64,000 nt of DNA from Candidatus Opimibacter skivensis (GTDB lineage Bacteria > Bacteroidota > Bacteroidia > Chitinophagales > Saprospiraceae), in the NCBI GenBank assembly GCA_016722045.1, contig JADKGY010000006.1:19960-83959 (forward strand), in the 5' to 3' direction. This document shows positions 21,601 to 26,344 of the stretch, piece after piece. The notes under the pieces were generated by a model, which worked only from the letters and a program-made list of their open reading frames with translations, made no database searches and had not been told where the DNA came from. Made by a program: the position numbers and the translations under genes. The number at the start of each line of letters is the position of its first letter. Position 1 is the stretch's first letter.

Positions 21601-23476
21601 AAAGAACCATTTTCCCGACGCCTTCTTTTGTAATTCCGAAATTTGTACCACTTATGATTCCGCCTGCGGTGAAGTCAGTGGCACTTGTACCATCATCCGC
21701 TATTGTAAAAGTTCTTGTAGCTGCAAGTGCAATAGGACAAGATATAGAAGCCCCATTCGAACCAGTAGCTGCATTTGTCACAGTAATATTCCCACCAAGC
21801 GTGAGGAGCCCACTTCCTGTAATAGTGGAAACAGCTGATGTCCCACATTTCATGAGCACACTTGTCGGAGATGTATTGACAGCACCTGATCCGATATTAA
21901 ATGTTGATAATGCAAGGTTTGATCCTGCAGTAACGGTAAGTGCTCCATTTAATAATGTATTTCCTTCAAGGGTTACAGTATTTCCCGGATTATCAATTGT
22001 GACACTAGCTTTTGTTGTTGCGGCAAGACCACTGCCTGCCGATTGATTTGCACTGCCATTGTATAAAAAATTTGAACCGGCTGTATAAGTTCGTGCAAAA
22101 GTTGTACGAATATTTCCTGTATTAGTGCCTACTATACTTACTCCTGCATTTGAAGTTATACCTAAAGTTGCACCGGTATTTAATGTGAAGGAGCCTGAGC
22201 CATCTACAGTGGTTGATTCTGAAGCCATTTGTAGAATAGAACCATTATTGACGATAAAAGCAACGGCATCCACTGCACCTCCAGATGTATAGGTTTGCAC
22301 TCCAGATTTGCCAAAAGTTACGTTTCCAACTCCACCACTTCTTGTCAATGTTCCTCCTGTCAAAGAAAAATTACCATTTACAAATAAATTCCCTGTACTA
22401 CCTACTGCTAGGTTCAATGTACCTCCTGTCATTGAGAAAAGTCCATTAGTTGTTAAGCTACTTGCAGCAGAACCACCTGTAATAGTTGTAGTTCCATCAT
22501 CGATCAATAAAGTTCCAGTAACAATTAAACTTCTTCCGGCGCTCGATCCAATTTTAAAATCATCGCTTATTGTACAATTTCCTGAAACGGTTAAAGAAGT
22601 TTGGCTCAATTGTAAAAAGGCCCCTGCAGCAGTACCAGTTGAAATAATCTGGAAGTTGCCTGCAATGGCCAAGGTCGTACTAGTTGACATTGATACCCCA
22701 CTTGCTGAAATACCAGGACAATTGTAAATGAGATTTCCAAAAGTTTGGCCCATTCCTCCGGGATGTGAGCTGGTAATTCCAGTAATCAAACAACTTGAGT
22801 TTACATCCCAGCTTGCTATTGGAACATTTCCGCCATTTATTCCGTGTTCATAGGTTCCTGCTGATAAAAATGATAAATTAGATGCAGTAGAGGAGATTAA
22901 TCCAATTGTTCCACTACCTGTAGGATCCATTTTAATTTTACCACTTACTGTCGTTAAACTATTATTAGCTGTATACTTTGCTTGTAACGTTGACGACCCG
23001 GTAGATGTTAAAACTAGTGTTCCATCTATTGCCATTGTTTCATTAGTTCCGGTATACTTAATTTCCATTGAAAATGATGCCGTAGCATTTATTGTAAGAG
23101 AGCTTCCTGCTCCAATTGAACTGCCAGTATTATCAATAGTAATTGAGCGTGAACTGCCAGAGGGTGTAAATGAAACCGTCGCGGAATTATTGATAGTTAT
23201 ACTATTGATGGTTATAGAAGGTGTATTTATCTCAATGTTTGCTATAGTATCAATCAACACATCATGAGCAGATGTTGGCACTCCATTAGACCAGTTACCT
23301 GCATCATTCCATAAATTATTTAGTGCGTGACCATTCCATCTATTCGTCTGCCCAAAAACCCCACCCACAAAAATCAAATTCCCCACCACGATCATCAGCC
23401 CAAGCAAAATACCCCTGCGGTGAGAAGGAGTAAAGATGGAAAGAGATAAGCTATAACGTAAACGCGTTTTTGTCAT
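1..23476 (-). CDS. giant repeat-rich cell-surface adhesin (HYR/Ig-like repeat protein, SprB-like); 5' part only, 3' end beyond window start; alternative in-frame ATG at 23494
   Basis: Minus-strand ATG at 23476-23474. An upstream in-frame ATG at 23494-23492 is preceded by an in-frame TAG. It is followed by a signal peptide MTKTRLRYSLSLSIFTPSHRRGILLGLMIVVGNLIFVGGVFG|QT. The reading frame (codon first base = 1 mod 3) is identical and stop-free at every spot I translated (1678, 12600-12780, 21001-21076, 23380-23476). Translated repeats give QTI.V.D.T.P....P...INC......A.A.DACG....T..DV.....C.GSYSVTRTWTATD.CGN, i.e. 80-aa two-Cys Ig-like modules of HYR type. The gene is absent from the supplied ORF track because no stop occurs inside the window. 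Confidence 0.8.
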   Translation of the reverse strand, partial: MTKTRLRYSLSLSIFTPSHRRGILLGLMIVVGNLIFVGGVFGQTNRWNGHALNNLWNDAGNWSNGVPTSAHDVLIDTIANIEINTPSITINSITINNSATVSFTPSGSSRSITIDNTGSSIGAGSSLTINATASFSMEIKYTGTNETMAIDGTLVLTSTGSSTLQAKYTANNSLTTVSGKIKMDPTGSGTIGLISSTASNLSFLSAGTYEHGINGGNVPIASWDVNSSCLITGITSSHPGGMGQTFGNLIYNCPGISASGVSMSTSTTLAIAGNFQIISTGTAAGAFLQLSQTSLTVSGNCTISDDFKIGSSAGRSLIVTGTLLIDDGTTTITGGSAASSLTTNGLFSMTGGTLNLAVGSTGNLFVNGNFSLTGGTLTRSGGVGNVTFGKSGVQTYTSGGAVDAVAFIVNNGSILQMASESTTVDGSGSFTLNTGATLGITSNAGVSIVGTNTGNIRTTFARTYTAGSNFLYNGSANQSAGSGLAATTKASVTIDNPGNTVTLEGNTLLNGALTVTAGSNLALSTFNIGSGAVNTSPTSVLMKCGTSAVSTITGSGLLTLGGNITVTNAATGSNGASISCPIALAATRTFTIADDGTSATDFTAGGIISGTNFGITKEGVGKMVLSNANTFTGATAINAGILNIRNNTATGTTAGGVTVASGAKLELENNITVGTEALTLAGDGGAGSEGALCNVSGTNAWSGAVTINGATTKVGSVSGLLTLSGAVGLGSNTLYLQGASTSANLISGVISGSGALNKDGTGTWTLSNNNTFTGGVTLSNGKLNINHANALGTIAGTFTIGGTGNSTTIDNTSGASITTLNYPMNWNDDFTFTGTNALNLGIGTVALQENRLVNAAASTLTVGGVISGSGLSLTKNGNGILTLTGTNTFTGGAVLNAGTLNINNSNALGTAAGTFVINGGVIDNTTASSITTLNYPMAWNDDFTFTGTRSLNLGTGAVTMQESRLLTLNANTLTVGGTISGSGLSLTKSGAGTLTLSGANDYTGGTTLNAGTLNINNASALGTTAGTFTINGGVIDNNSGADITTGNYPIALNADFAYSGSNPNDLNLGTGTTTLNANRQITVSAGTLTLGGTINHATLNLTKAGSGGLSFAGNDKTLKNLTINAGSLTSTAGVLNLAGDFVNNNVFNHNNGKLKFNGSSAQLINGTTASVLYDLEIDNTNGVSLGNNESVNNQLTLTNGRISLGTKILTLGSSAPAIAGTLNASNMIVADGTGELRKNFSGTGSFTFPVGDVTGTTEYSPLSLNFTAGTFSSAYAGVRLTDAKHPNDASTLNYLSRYWKVNPSGISSFSCDVTGQYVDADINGTETNIITAKWNGSAPWQKFSLVNDVSNLIVANGVTGFSDFAGIDNSDPTVTIGINPASAIICSGASATLNATGADGTPGYTYSWSPATGLNTTSGSVVIATLTSSQTYTVTITDANGATNTASQSVTVVSQPVGPALNVKTPTNATICTGQVVSATFTSGSGGDGCSDDYLVIIDGGSPSAYTPSSNVGGSATSTIVIQGRRANCASGSGCNGTSYVTLASWAVVPQPTSPTVNVITPNVSTVCAGTNVSATFNAGTGGTGCSDSYQYSTNNGSTWNPYTPGSTISTTGATVVLIQASRGNCTSGSGCNGTGFTTLVSWVVNSVTPGVVAVDQTICSGDDPAPFTVTTASTGTGVITYRWESSIVNCSNGFSAISGATSPTYDPPSGLTQTKYFRRITISTLNSVACEAVSNCIVITVNPLPVCSITGSAIVCPSSIGNVFTAPSGLSYSWSISGSGSIIGSSTSQSVTVDAGVNCNSDFTLSITVTDGNSCSSNCTKVVTVIDNTVPVVTGSLSLTTLQGCSAGDAPVAVTTIGALEALTGNLVVTDNCTAHSSLAVSSSESSTGTCPIVVTRIYKVTDACGNTSANIVHTIHVEDITPPVISSLPAPTTINCPATPSFTIATASDACGGSYTLTFNDVSSAGACAGSYSVTRTWTATDGCGNSSTTSQTIHIQDVTAPVLSGQGIATTINCPTVPSFTAPTATDACDAAPVITFSDVTLAGSPACAGNYSVTRTWIATDACGNVSAPVSQTITVHDVTAPVLSGQGGAITINCPATPSFTAPTATDACDVAPVITFSDVTIAGSPTCAGNYSVTRTWIATDACGNVSVPVSQTITVHDITAPVLSGQGGAITINCPAMPSFTAPTAADACDVAPVITFSDVTVAGSPTCAGNYSVTRTWIATDACGNVSAPVSQTITVHDVTAPVLSGQGGAVTINCPATPSFIAPTATDACDGAPVITFSDVTVAGSPACAGNYSVTRTWIATDACGNVSAPVSQTITVHDLTAPVLSGQGGALTINCPATPSFTAPTATDACDVAPVVTFSDITVAGSPSCAGNYSVTRTWIAMDACGNVSAPVSQTITVHDVTAPVLSGQGGAVTINCPATPSFTAPTATDACDGAPVITFSDVTVAGSPTCAGNYSVTRTWIATDACGNVSAPVSQTITVRDVTAPVLSGQGIATTINCPAVPGFTAPTATDACDAAPVITFSDVTVAGSPTCAGNYSVTRTWIATDACGNVSAPVSQTITVHDVTAPVLSGQGGPITINCPSIPIFTAPTASDACDASPVITFSDVTISGSPTCAGNYSVTRTWIATDACGNVSAPVSQTITVHDVTVPVLSGQGITTTINCPSTPIFTSPTVADACDATPVITFSDVTVSGSPTCAGNYSVTRTWIATDACGNVSVPVSQTITVQDVTAPVLSGQGIATTINCPSTPSFTAPTATDGCDATPLITFSDVTVSGSPTCAGNYSVTRTWIATDACGNVSAPVSQTITVHDVTVPVLSGQGIATTINCPSTPIFTSPIATDACDATPVITFSDVTIAGSPTCAGNYSVTRTWIATDACGNVSVPVSQTITVQDVTAPVLSGQGIATTINCPTVPSFTAPTATDACDGAPVITFSDVTVAGSPTCAGNYSVTRTWIATDACGNISAPVSQTITVHDVTAPVLSGQGIATTINCPSVPSFTAPTATDACDATPVITFSDVTVAGSPTCAGNYSVTRTWIATDACGNVSAPVSQTITVQDVTAPVLSGQGIATTINCPTVPSFTAPTATDACDGAPVITFSDVTVAGSPTCAGNYSVTRTWLATDACGNVSTPVSQTITVHDITAPVLSGQGIATTINCPAIPGFTAPTATDACDVAPVITFSDVTVAGSPTCAGNYSVTRTWIATDACGNVSASVSQTITVHDVTAPVLSGQGGALTINCPATPVFTAPTATDACDASPVITFSDVTVSGSPTCAGNYSVTRTWIATDACGNVSAPVSQTITVHDVTAPVLSGQGIATTINCPAIPSFTAPTATDACDVAPVITFSDVTVAGNPTCAGNYSVTRTWIATDACGNVSAPVSQTITVQDISAPVLSGQGGAITINCPAVPSFTAPTASDACDGAPVITFSDVTVAGSPTCAGNYSVTRTWIATDACGNVSAPVSQTITVHDVTAPVLTGQGIATTIDCPATPIFSAPTATDACDGAPVITFTDVTVAGSPICAGNYSVTRTWIATDACGNVSTPVSQTITIHDVTAPVLTGQGGTITINCPSIPGFTAPTASDACDAAPVVTFSDVSIPGNPTCPGNYSVTRTWTATDACGNFSTTSQTINVHDITAPVISALPAPSTINCPSIPVFSVATATDECGNDFTLTSADVTTSGACTGSYSVTRVWTATDACGNISTASQTINVQDVDAPVISSLPAPTTINCPSTPVFAVATATDACGSAFTLTSDDVTTNGACAGSYSVKRTWTATDACGNSSTASQTITVQDITAPVIAALPDPTTINCPATPVFAVATATDACGSAFTLTSADVTTNGACAGSYSVKRTWTATDACGNSSTASQTITVQDITAPVIAALPAPTTINCPATPSFAVATATDACGSSFTLTSEDVSNSGACTGSYSVTRTWTATDACGNSSTASQTITVQDITAPVIAALPASSTINCPATPSFATATAIDACGSTFTLNFADVTTNGACAGSYSVTRTWTATDACGNISTDSQTINVQDVDAPVIASLPSPTTISCPSTPVFAVATATDACGSTYTLTSADATINGACAGSYSVTRTWTATDACGNSSTASQTINVQDITAPVISALPAPTTINCPATPVFAFATATDACGSAYTLTSEDVNYSGACAGSYSVTRIWTATDACGNSSTASQTINVQDVDAPVIASLPSPTTINCPATPVFAVATATDACGSAFTLISQDVSTSGACAGSYSVTRTWTATDGCGNSSTASQTINVQDVTAPVIAALPATTTINCPATPVFAVATATDACGSAFTLTSSDVTTNGACAGSYSVKRTWTATDACGNISTASQTINVQDVTAPVISSLPAPTTINCPATPSFAIATATDACGSAFTLTSEDVSNSGACTGSYSVTRTWTATDACGNISTASQTINVQDVDAPVIASLPAPTTINCPAAPVFSVATATDACGSAFTLTSEDVSTSGACTGSYSVTRTWTATDACGNSSTASQTINVQDITAPVIATLPAPTTINCPATPVFAVATATDACGSAFTLTSADVTTNGACAGSYSVTRTWTATDACGNSSTASQTINVQDVTAPVIAVLPAPTTINCPSIPVFAVATATDACGSAFTLTSEDVSTAGACTGEYSVTRTWTAIDACGNSSTASQTINVRDVDAPVISSLPSPTTINCPATPVFAVATATDACGSAFILTSADVTINGACAGSYSVTRTWTATDACGNSSTASQTINVQDVDAPVISSLPSPTTINCPATPVFAVATATDACGSAFTLTSADVTINGACAGSYSVTRTWTATDACGNSSTASQTINVQDVTAPVIAALPAPTTINCPATPVFAIATATDGCGSAFTLTSEDVINSGACTGSYSVTRTWTATDACGNSSTSSQTINVQDITAPVILALPAPSLINCPATPVFAVATATDACGSAFTLTSVDVNTSGTCTGSYSVTRIWTATDGCGNSSTASQTINVQDITAPVIAALPAPTTINCPAIPSFTQATAVDACGSAFALTFTDITTNGACTGSYSVKRIWIATDACGNSSSASQIINVQDDTAPVFDPLPGLTTIYCPAVPVFTQATATDECGSPFNLTYSESTSPAECGGSYFVTRVWTATDACGNFSNASQTIHVQDNTGPEILPLPVTSTIDCPATPAFEQAFAVDACGSAFSLDFLDVTTTGLCTGSYSITRTWTAIDECGNISTATQTINVQDITGPVFDPLPTPTLIDCPATPVFVDAVANDACGTLVSLTSQDVTTSGDCAGSYSVTRTWTAVDDCGNSSTSSQVIYVQDITAPVIDPLPGETTINCPATPDFAVATAADECGSAFTLTYVDVINSGACAGSYSVTRIWTATDACGNVSTDSQTINVQDITAPVIAPLPSTSTINCPAIPVFAVATATDACGSAFTLNFADITTNGACAGSYSVKRTWTAADACGNSSTASQTINVQDITAPVIAALPAPTTINCPAIPVFAVATAIDACGSAFTLTSADVTTNGACAGSYSVTRTWIATDACGNSSTASQTINVQDVTAPVIAALPAPTTINCPAIPVFAVATALDACGSAFTLTSEDVTTNGACAGSYSVTRKWTATDACGNSSTASQTITVQDVTAPVIAALPAPSTINCPSTPVFAVATATDACGSAFTLTSADITINGACAGSYSVTRTWTATDACGNSSTASQTINVQDVTAPVIAALPATTTINCPSTPVFAVATATDACGSAFTLNFTDVTTNGLCAGSYSVKRTWTATDACGNSSTASQTINVQDITAPVIAALPAPTTINCPAAPVFAVATAIDACGSAFTLTSVDVTTNGACAGSYSVTRKWTATDACGNSSTASQTINVQDVTAPVIASLPAPSTINCPATPLFAIATAIDACGSAFTLTSVDVTTNGACTGSYSITRTWTATDACGNSSTASQTINIQDVTGPVIDQLLGPTTINCPNTPVFMQATASDACGSAFTLISQDVSTSGACAGSYSVTRIWTATDGCGNSSTASQTINVQDVTAPVIAALPAPTTINCPSTPVFAIATATDACGSAFTLNFADITTNGVCAGSYSVKRTWTATDACGNFSTASQTINVQDITAPVIASLPAPTTINCPATPVFAVATAIDACGSAFTLTSVDVITNGACAGSYSVTRNWTATDACGNSSTASQTINVQDITAPVIAALPSTTTINCPATPSFATATAIDACGSTFTLNFTDVTTSGACAGSYSVKRTWTATDGCGNSSTASQTINVQDVTAPVIAALPAPTTINCPATPVFAVATALDACGSAFTLTSVDATTNGACAGSYSVTRTWTATDGCGNSSTAAQTINVQDVTAPVIAALPSTTTINCPATPVFAIATASDACGSAFTLTSADITINGACTGSYSVTRTWTATDACGNSSTASQTINVQDITAPVIAALPAPTTINCPATPVFAVATAIDACGSAFTLTSVDVTTNGACAGSYSVTRNWTATDACGNSSTASQTINVQDITPPVIAALPAPTIINCPATPSFATATAIDACGSTFTLNFTDVTTSGACAGSYSVKRTWTATDGCGNSSTASQTINVQDVTAPVIASLPAPTTINCPATPVFAVATATDACGSTFTLTSVDVTINGACAGSYSVTRTWTATDGCGNSSTASQTINVQDVTAPVIAALPAPTTINCPATPVFAIATATDACGSAFTLTSEDITINGACAGSYSVKRTWTATDACGNSSTASQTINVQDIIAPVIAALPSTTTINCPATPSFATATAIDACGSAFTLTSEDVSNSGACTGSYSVTRKWTATDGCGNSSTASQTINVQDITAPVIAALPAPTTINCPATPVFAVATAIDACGSAFTLTSVDVTTNGACAGSYSVKRTWTATDGCGNSSTASQTINVQDITAPVIASLPAPITINCPATPVFAVATATDACGSSFTLTSVDVTTNGACAGSYSVTRTWTAADGCGNSSTASQTINVQDITAPVIAALPAPTTINCPATPVFAVATAIDACGSAYTLTSEDVSYSGACAGSYSVTRTWTATDACGNSSTASQTINVQDVTAPVIAALPAPTTINCPSTPVFAVATATDACGSAFTLTSADVTTNGACAGSYSVTRTWTATDACGNSSTASQTINVQDVTAPVIAALPAPTTINCPATPVFAVATAIDACGSTFTLTSVDVTTNEACAGSYSVKRTWTATDACGNSSTASQTINVQDVTAPVIAALPAPTTINCPATPVFAVATATDACGSAFTLTSEDVSNSGACAGSYSVTRTWTATDGCGNSSTASQTINVQDITAPVIAALPAPTTINCPATPVFAIATAIDACGSAFTLTSVDVTTNGACAGSYSVTRTWTATDGCGNSSTASQTINVQDITAPVIAALPAPTTINCPSTPVFAVATAIDACGSAFTLVSVDVTTNGACAGSYSVKRTWTATDGCGNSSTASQTINVQDVTAPVIAALPATTTINCPATPVFAVATAIDACGSAFTLTSEDVSNSGACTGSYSVTRKWTATDACGNSSTASQTINVQDITPPVIAALPAPTIINCPATPSFATATASDVCGSAFSLIFNDINIPGSCPGTYSVTRTWTATDGCGNSSTAVQTISVQDVTPPAINVVPFTTINCPAIPSFSVSAMDACGFAFSLSSMDVMTPGLCAGSYSVARTWMATDACGNMSSAVQVINVQDVTAPVIAPLPAPTTIDCPATPSFTQAVATDACNSGISLVFADVTTPGACAGSYSVKRTWTATDGCGNSSTASQTINVRDVTAPVIAALPSTTTINCPATPVFAVATATDACGSAFTLTSVDVTTNGSCAGSYSVKRTWTATDACGNSSTASQTINVQDV
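12620..17480 (-). repeat. family-A tandem 240-bp HYR-like coding repeats (~20 units) with 480-bp higher-order periodicity, near-identical
   Basis: The string acatttccgcatgcatctgttgctatccatgtcctggtcacactataattt recurs at 13081/13321/13561/13801/14041... Segments 14101-14280 and 14581-14760 differ at only a handful of positions. The encoded motif is NYSVTRTWIATDACGN with a VTAPVLSGQG linker. Confidence 0.75.
18450..19050 (-). repeat. two tandem ~270-bp Cys-rich modules (..GSGG.GCSD.Y...IQ.RR.NC.SGSGCNGT...L.SW.V) inside giant adhesin
   Basis: Minus-strand translation of 18500-19050 gives two collinear ~90-aa units with 5 conserved Cys each. Confidence 0.5.
19130..19340 (-). other. SprB-like repeat module (…PGYTYSWSPATGLNTTSGSVVIATLTSSQTYTVTITDANGATNTASQSVTV)
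   Basis: Minus-strand translation shows the Y.Y.W...G....LtagtYtVTvTDanG.. pattern of the short repeat described in the Flavobacterium gliding adhesin SprB. The family assignment is from memory of the motif, not a search. Confidence 0.4.
19950..21120 (-). repeat. three ~335-bp beta-helix repeats carrying autotransporter-type PATR motifs (G.G.LTL.G.NT(F/Y)TGG..LNAGTLNINN..ALGT)
   Basis: Three collinear copies, e.g. 20330-20410, 20661-20740 and 21001-21076, encode ...ITTLNYPM(N/A)WNDDFTFTGT.. followed by LSLTK.G.G.LTLTG.NTFTGG..LNAGTLNINN. Confidence 0.5.
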
Positions 23477-24169
23477 AAGTCCTTGAGGTAGCATTGTGTT
23501 TTTCTATTCACCATCATGTATTAATCCAATAAAAATGGGCCAAAAAGCAGTCCATGATCAGACTGACTCGATGAGCCTCTGATCGTATTCATTAATTCAC
23601 TTTGGGGGTGTTAGCTTGCCAGCTATCAATAGAAATACACCTATGCATTACAAGCACCATGCCGATATTGACCTCGCCCGGAAAAATCTAAAGACAGGAA
23701 TCCTCAGACCGGGGGAACGGCGAGGGAAATATCAACAACAGTTCTGTTCTGTGAAATGCAACGGTGAGACTTGGTTCGGAATGAACCATAAAAATGGGTG
23801 CGGTGATCTAATCATAGCTGGATCAAATTAAAGGGTTGAGACATTAGCTCCTCTCAGGTATATGCAATGAAGAGAAATCCCTAAAATTCCGGACGATATT
23901 CAGCCCGTCCACATTTCCGATGATCAGCAAACGTGTTCCATGCCCTAAATATAATAATCAATTTTTGTCAAAATGTATATACCTATTCCCCATGTTTAAT
24001 GACCTGACAGTCATCATTCTAAATATTAATTTCCCATTTACCAGGCTATTCGTTTTTAGATTAACCCGATCCGGCATTTTCCATAGCATGACTGGTGTTT
24101 AAAGAAGGACCAAATTTTAAACTGATTACTTCTTACTGATTACCGCTTACCGGCCTTATCTTTCCCTCC

Positions 24170-25672
24170 ATGTCGTCAGTCGGAATCTCACCTCTCTGGA
24201 TCCTCACCATCGTAGCCGGATATTTCTTCATGCTCATTTTTGTGGCCTGGATCACCAGCCGGAATTCAACCAATGATGATTTTTTTATCAATCGCCATAA
24301 ATCCCAGTGGTGGCTCGTCGCTATCGGTATGCTCGGGAGTAGCCTCTCGGGCGTCACCTTTATTTCCATCCCCGGTGTTGTCGGAGCAGCCGGCCAAAAC
24401 CAGGCCTTCTCCTACATGCAGGTTGTCTTGGGTTACCTCCTGGGCTACATGACCATTTCTCTTTTCCTCATGCCGATGTACTACCGTCTCAACCTGATCT
24501 CCATCTATGGTTACCTCGGTATGCGCTTCGGCAAAGTGTCTTATAAAACAGGTTCTGCATTTTTTATGTTATCCCGACTTATCGGTTCTGCTTTCAGGAT
24601 GTATCTCGCAGTCATGGTGTTGCACATCCTGCTTTGTGCACCCTTTGGAATTCCATTTCCAGTCACAGTCGTCATAGCGATCGCATTGATATGGGTTTAT
24701 ACATTTAAGGGAGGCATACGTACTATCGTTTTCACGGACACTCTACAGACTTTTTGTATGCTGGCCGCAGTCATCCTCACGATTTACGCCATCATGCACC
24801 AATTGAATATTTCATTGGTGCATCTGCCCGGCGCAATACGAGATGCCGGCTATGCTAAAGTTTTTTTCTTCGAAGGCGGATGGGCAGATGAAAATAATTT
24901 TTTCAAACAATTCCTGAGCGGCGCATTGATCACGATCGTGATGACCGGCCTCGATCAGGACATGATGCAAAAAAATCTATCGTGCAGGAATATCGGTGAA
25001 GCCCAGAAAAATATGTTTCTCTTCTCCGTAACACTTGTCATTGCAAATTTCCTGGTCCTGACACTCGGCGCATTATTATGGATGTATTTACATCATCTGC
25101 AACTGGCAGCACCAGCAAAATCAGATCAGCTATATCCACTCCTGGCCATGAGCCATCTGCCGGTCTACATCGCTATTGCTTTTATCATCGGACTCGTAGC
25201 CTCAGCCTACAACAGCGCAGACGGAACACTAACTGCTTTAACGACTACAATCTGTGTGGATTTTCTCGGCTTTGAAAAAAACAGAGCCCAACAAGGTGAA
25301 GTCCTCCAAACAAAAATCAGACGACGAACACACATTCTCATCGCCGTTGTTTTCGCGTGTGTAATTCTGTTATTTCAATTGATCAACAAGGGTTCTGTGA
25401 TCAATGAATTATTTAAGGCCGCAGGATATACATACGGACCTTTATTGGGTTTGTTTTCATTCGGCCTGTTGACCAAACGACACCTTAAAGATTCTTACGT
25501 GCTATACATATGTATTGCAGCACCTATTATTTCTTACCTGATCAATACCTATTCGCAGGTATTATTCAACGGACTTACACTGGGCTTTTTGATACTTGCG
25601 GTGAATGGTCTATTGACGTTTATTGGACTATGGTTTATCTCGGGTCCGGGAGGCGTGAAAGGTGAGGCGTGA
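24170..25672 (+). CDS. sodium:solute symporter (SSS/SSF) family transporter
   Basis: 500 aa, ATG start, about 13 predicted TM helices. The N-terminal pattern R.S..DDFF..R....W.VAIGMLGSSLSGVTFISIPGVVG is typical of SSS transporters. Confidence 0.6.
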   Translation: MSSVGISPLWILTIVAGYFFMLIFVAWITSRNSTNDDFFINRHKSQWWLVAIGMLGSSLSGVTFISIPGVVGAAGQNQAFSYMQVVLGYLLGYMTISLFLMPMYYRLNLISIYGYLGMRFGKVSYKTGSAFFMLSRLIGSAFRMYLAVMVLHILLCAPFGIPFPVTVVIAIALIWVYTFKGGIRTIVFTDTLQTFCMLAAVILTIYAIMHQLNISLVHLPGAIRDAGYAKVFFFEGGWADENNFFKQFLSGALITIVMTGLDQDMMQKNLSCRNIGEAQKNMFLFSVTLVIANFLVLTLGALLWMYLHHLQLAAPAKSDQLYPLLAMSHLPVYIAIAFIIGLVASAYNSADGTLTALTTTICVDFLGFEKNRAQQGEVLQTKIRRRTHILIAVVFACVILLFQLINKGSVINELFKAAGYTYGPLLGLFSFGLLTKRHLKDSYVLYICIAAPIISYLINTYSQVLFNGLTLGFLILAVNGLLTFIGLWFISGPGGVKGEA

Positions 25673-25740
25673 GATCCGGGAGGTGGGTTTGAGGTGGTAA
25701 TTGAGCTATAAGAGGTGAAGCGTGCGAGGTGGATTTGACG
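25645..25740. repeat. degenerate heptamer array (aggtgag/gcgtgag/aggtggg...) overlapping the SSF stop codon
   Basis: Seven-nt periodicity of (a/g)(g/c)gtg(a/g)g-like units through the TGA at 25670-25672. Confidence 0.4.
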
Positions 25741-26133
25741 CCATGATAAGTTGGGCGGAGACACAAAGAAATAACTATAGGTTTGGGGGAGTTGTTAATT
25801 TTCAAAGGCGAATAAATTCAATTCGGATTTTGTCGAAATCCCTTTGATACAACCCATACGGTTATTGAACATATTAAATTAAAAAGATTATGTTTTCCGT
25901 CTGCTATCTTGTGTGAATCATTTGCATCGGCTAAAAACATTCATCCTTTTATTATAGTCAACAACCAGGGTGAAGAGAGAAGTTTGAGACGTGAGACATA
26001 AGACGTTTGCTTCGCTCAGCTATTCATATATAAGTGCTACAGTTCAGTAACCGTATAGTGTAGTGGAAACGGTGTCCGGGTGATCCTGAAGGGATCAAAT
26101 GCTATTAGCCCAGGGTTGTAACCCGGGGACAAA

Positions 26134-26152
26134 TGATGATGATGATGATGAA
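26134..26152. repeat. (GAT)6 microsatellite
   Basis: gatgatgatgatgatgatg read directly in the intergenic DNA. Confidence 0.9.
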
Positions 26153-26344
26153 TTTTCAACCCTGAAAGAGGTTGAATAAAAATCTGTCTTTTTAGAATCA
26201 TCAATCTATTGGGGAAATTTTGATTTGCAAATGATGGATTTTCATGCGCAGCTTCAAGCTGCTTGAATTAATTTTCACTATTGTCGAAAGATTCGAAATA
26301 TTAATTTTAAGTTTAAACTTAAAATAGCGTGGGAAGTAAACGAA

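Noticed and set aside
18-22727. About 45 plus-strand ORFs of 60-372 aa in the track (e.g. 1035-2153, 6975-7427, 8544-9011, 21279-22046, 22308-22727), plus short minus-strand ORFs in the +2 frame (432-803, 2085-2321, 8442-8720...)
   Set aside because: They tile the region in shifting frames and break at every repeat. Their translations are low-complexity strings (VAVHV..TLYDPAHAP..) that mirror the minus-strand repeat. The true coding frame is the stop-free minus frame in phase with the ATG at 23476. These are antisense or off-frame artefacts of a stop-poor repetitive sequence.
23492-23560. Search for a Bacteroidota-type promoter (TTTG ... TAnnTTTG) upstream of the giant gene and of the SSF gene
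   Set aside because: I could not find a convincing match by eye (only partial hits such as ctttttgg / ttattgg), so no promoter feature is reported.
23616-24102. ORFs 23616-23831 (+) and 23920-24102 (+) in the divergent promoter region between the giant gene and the SSF gene
   Set aside because: No recognisable domains. The composition is AT-rich intergenic. They occupy the expected promoter space for two divergent genes.
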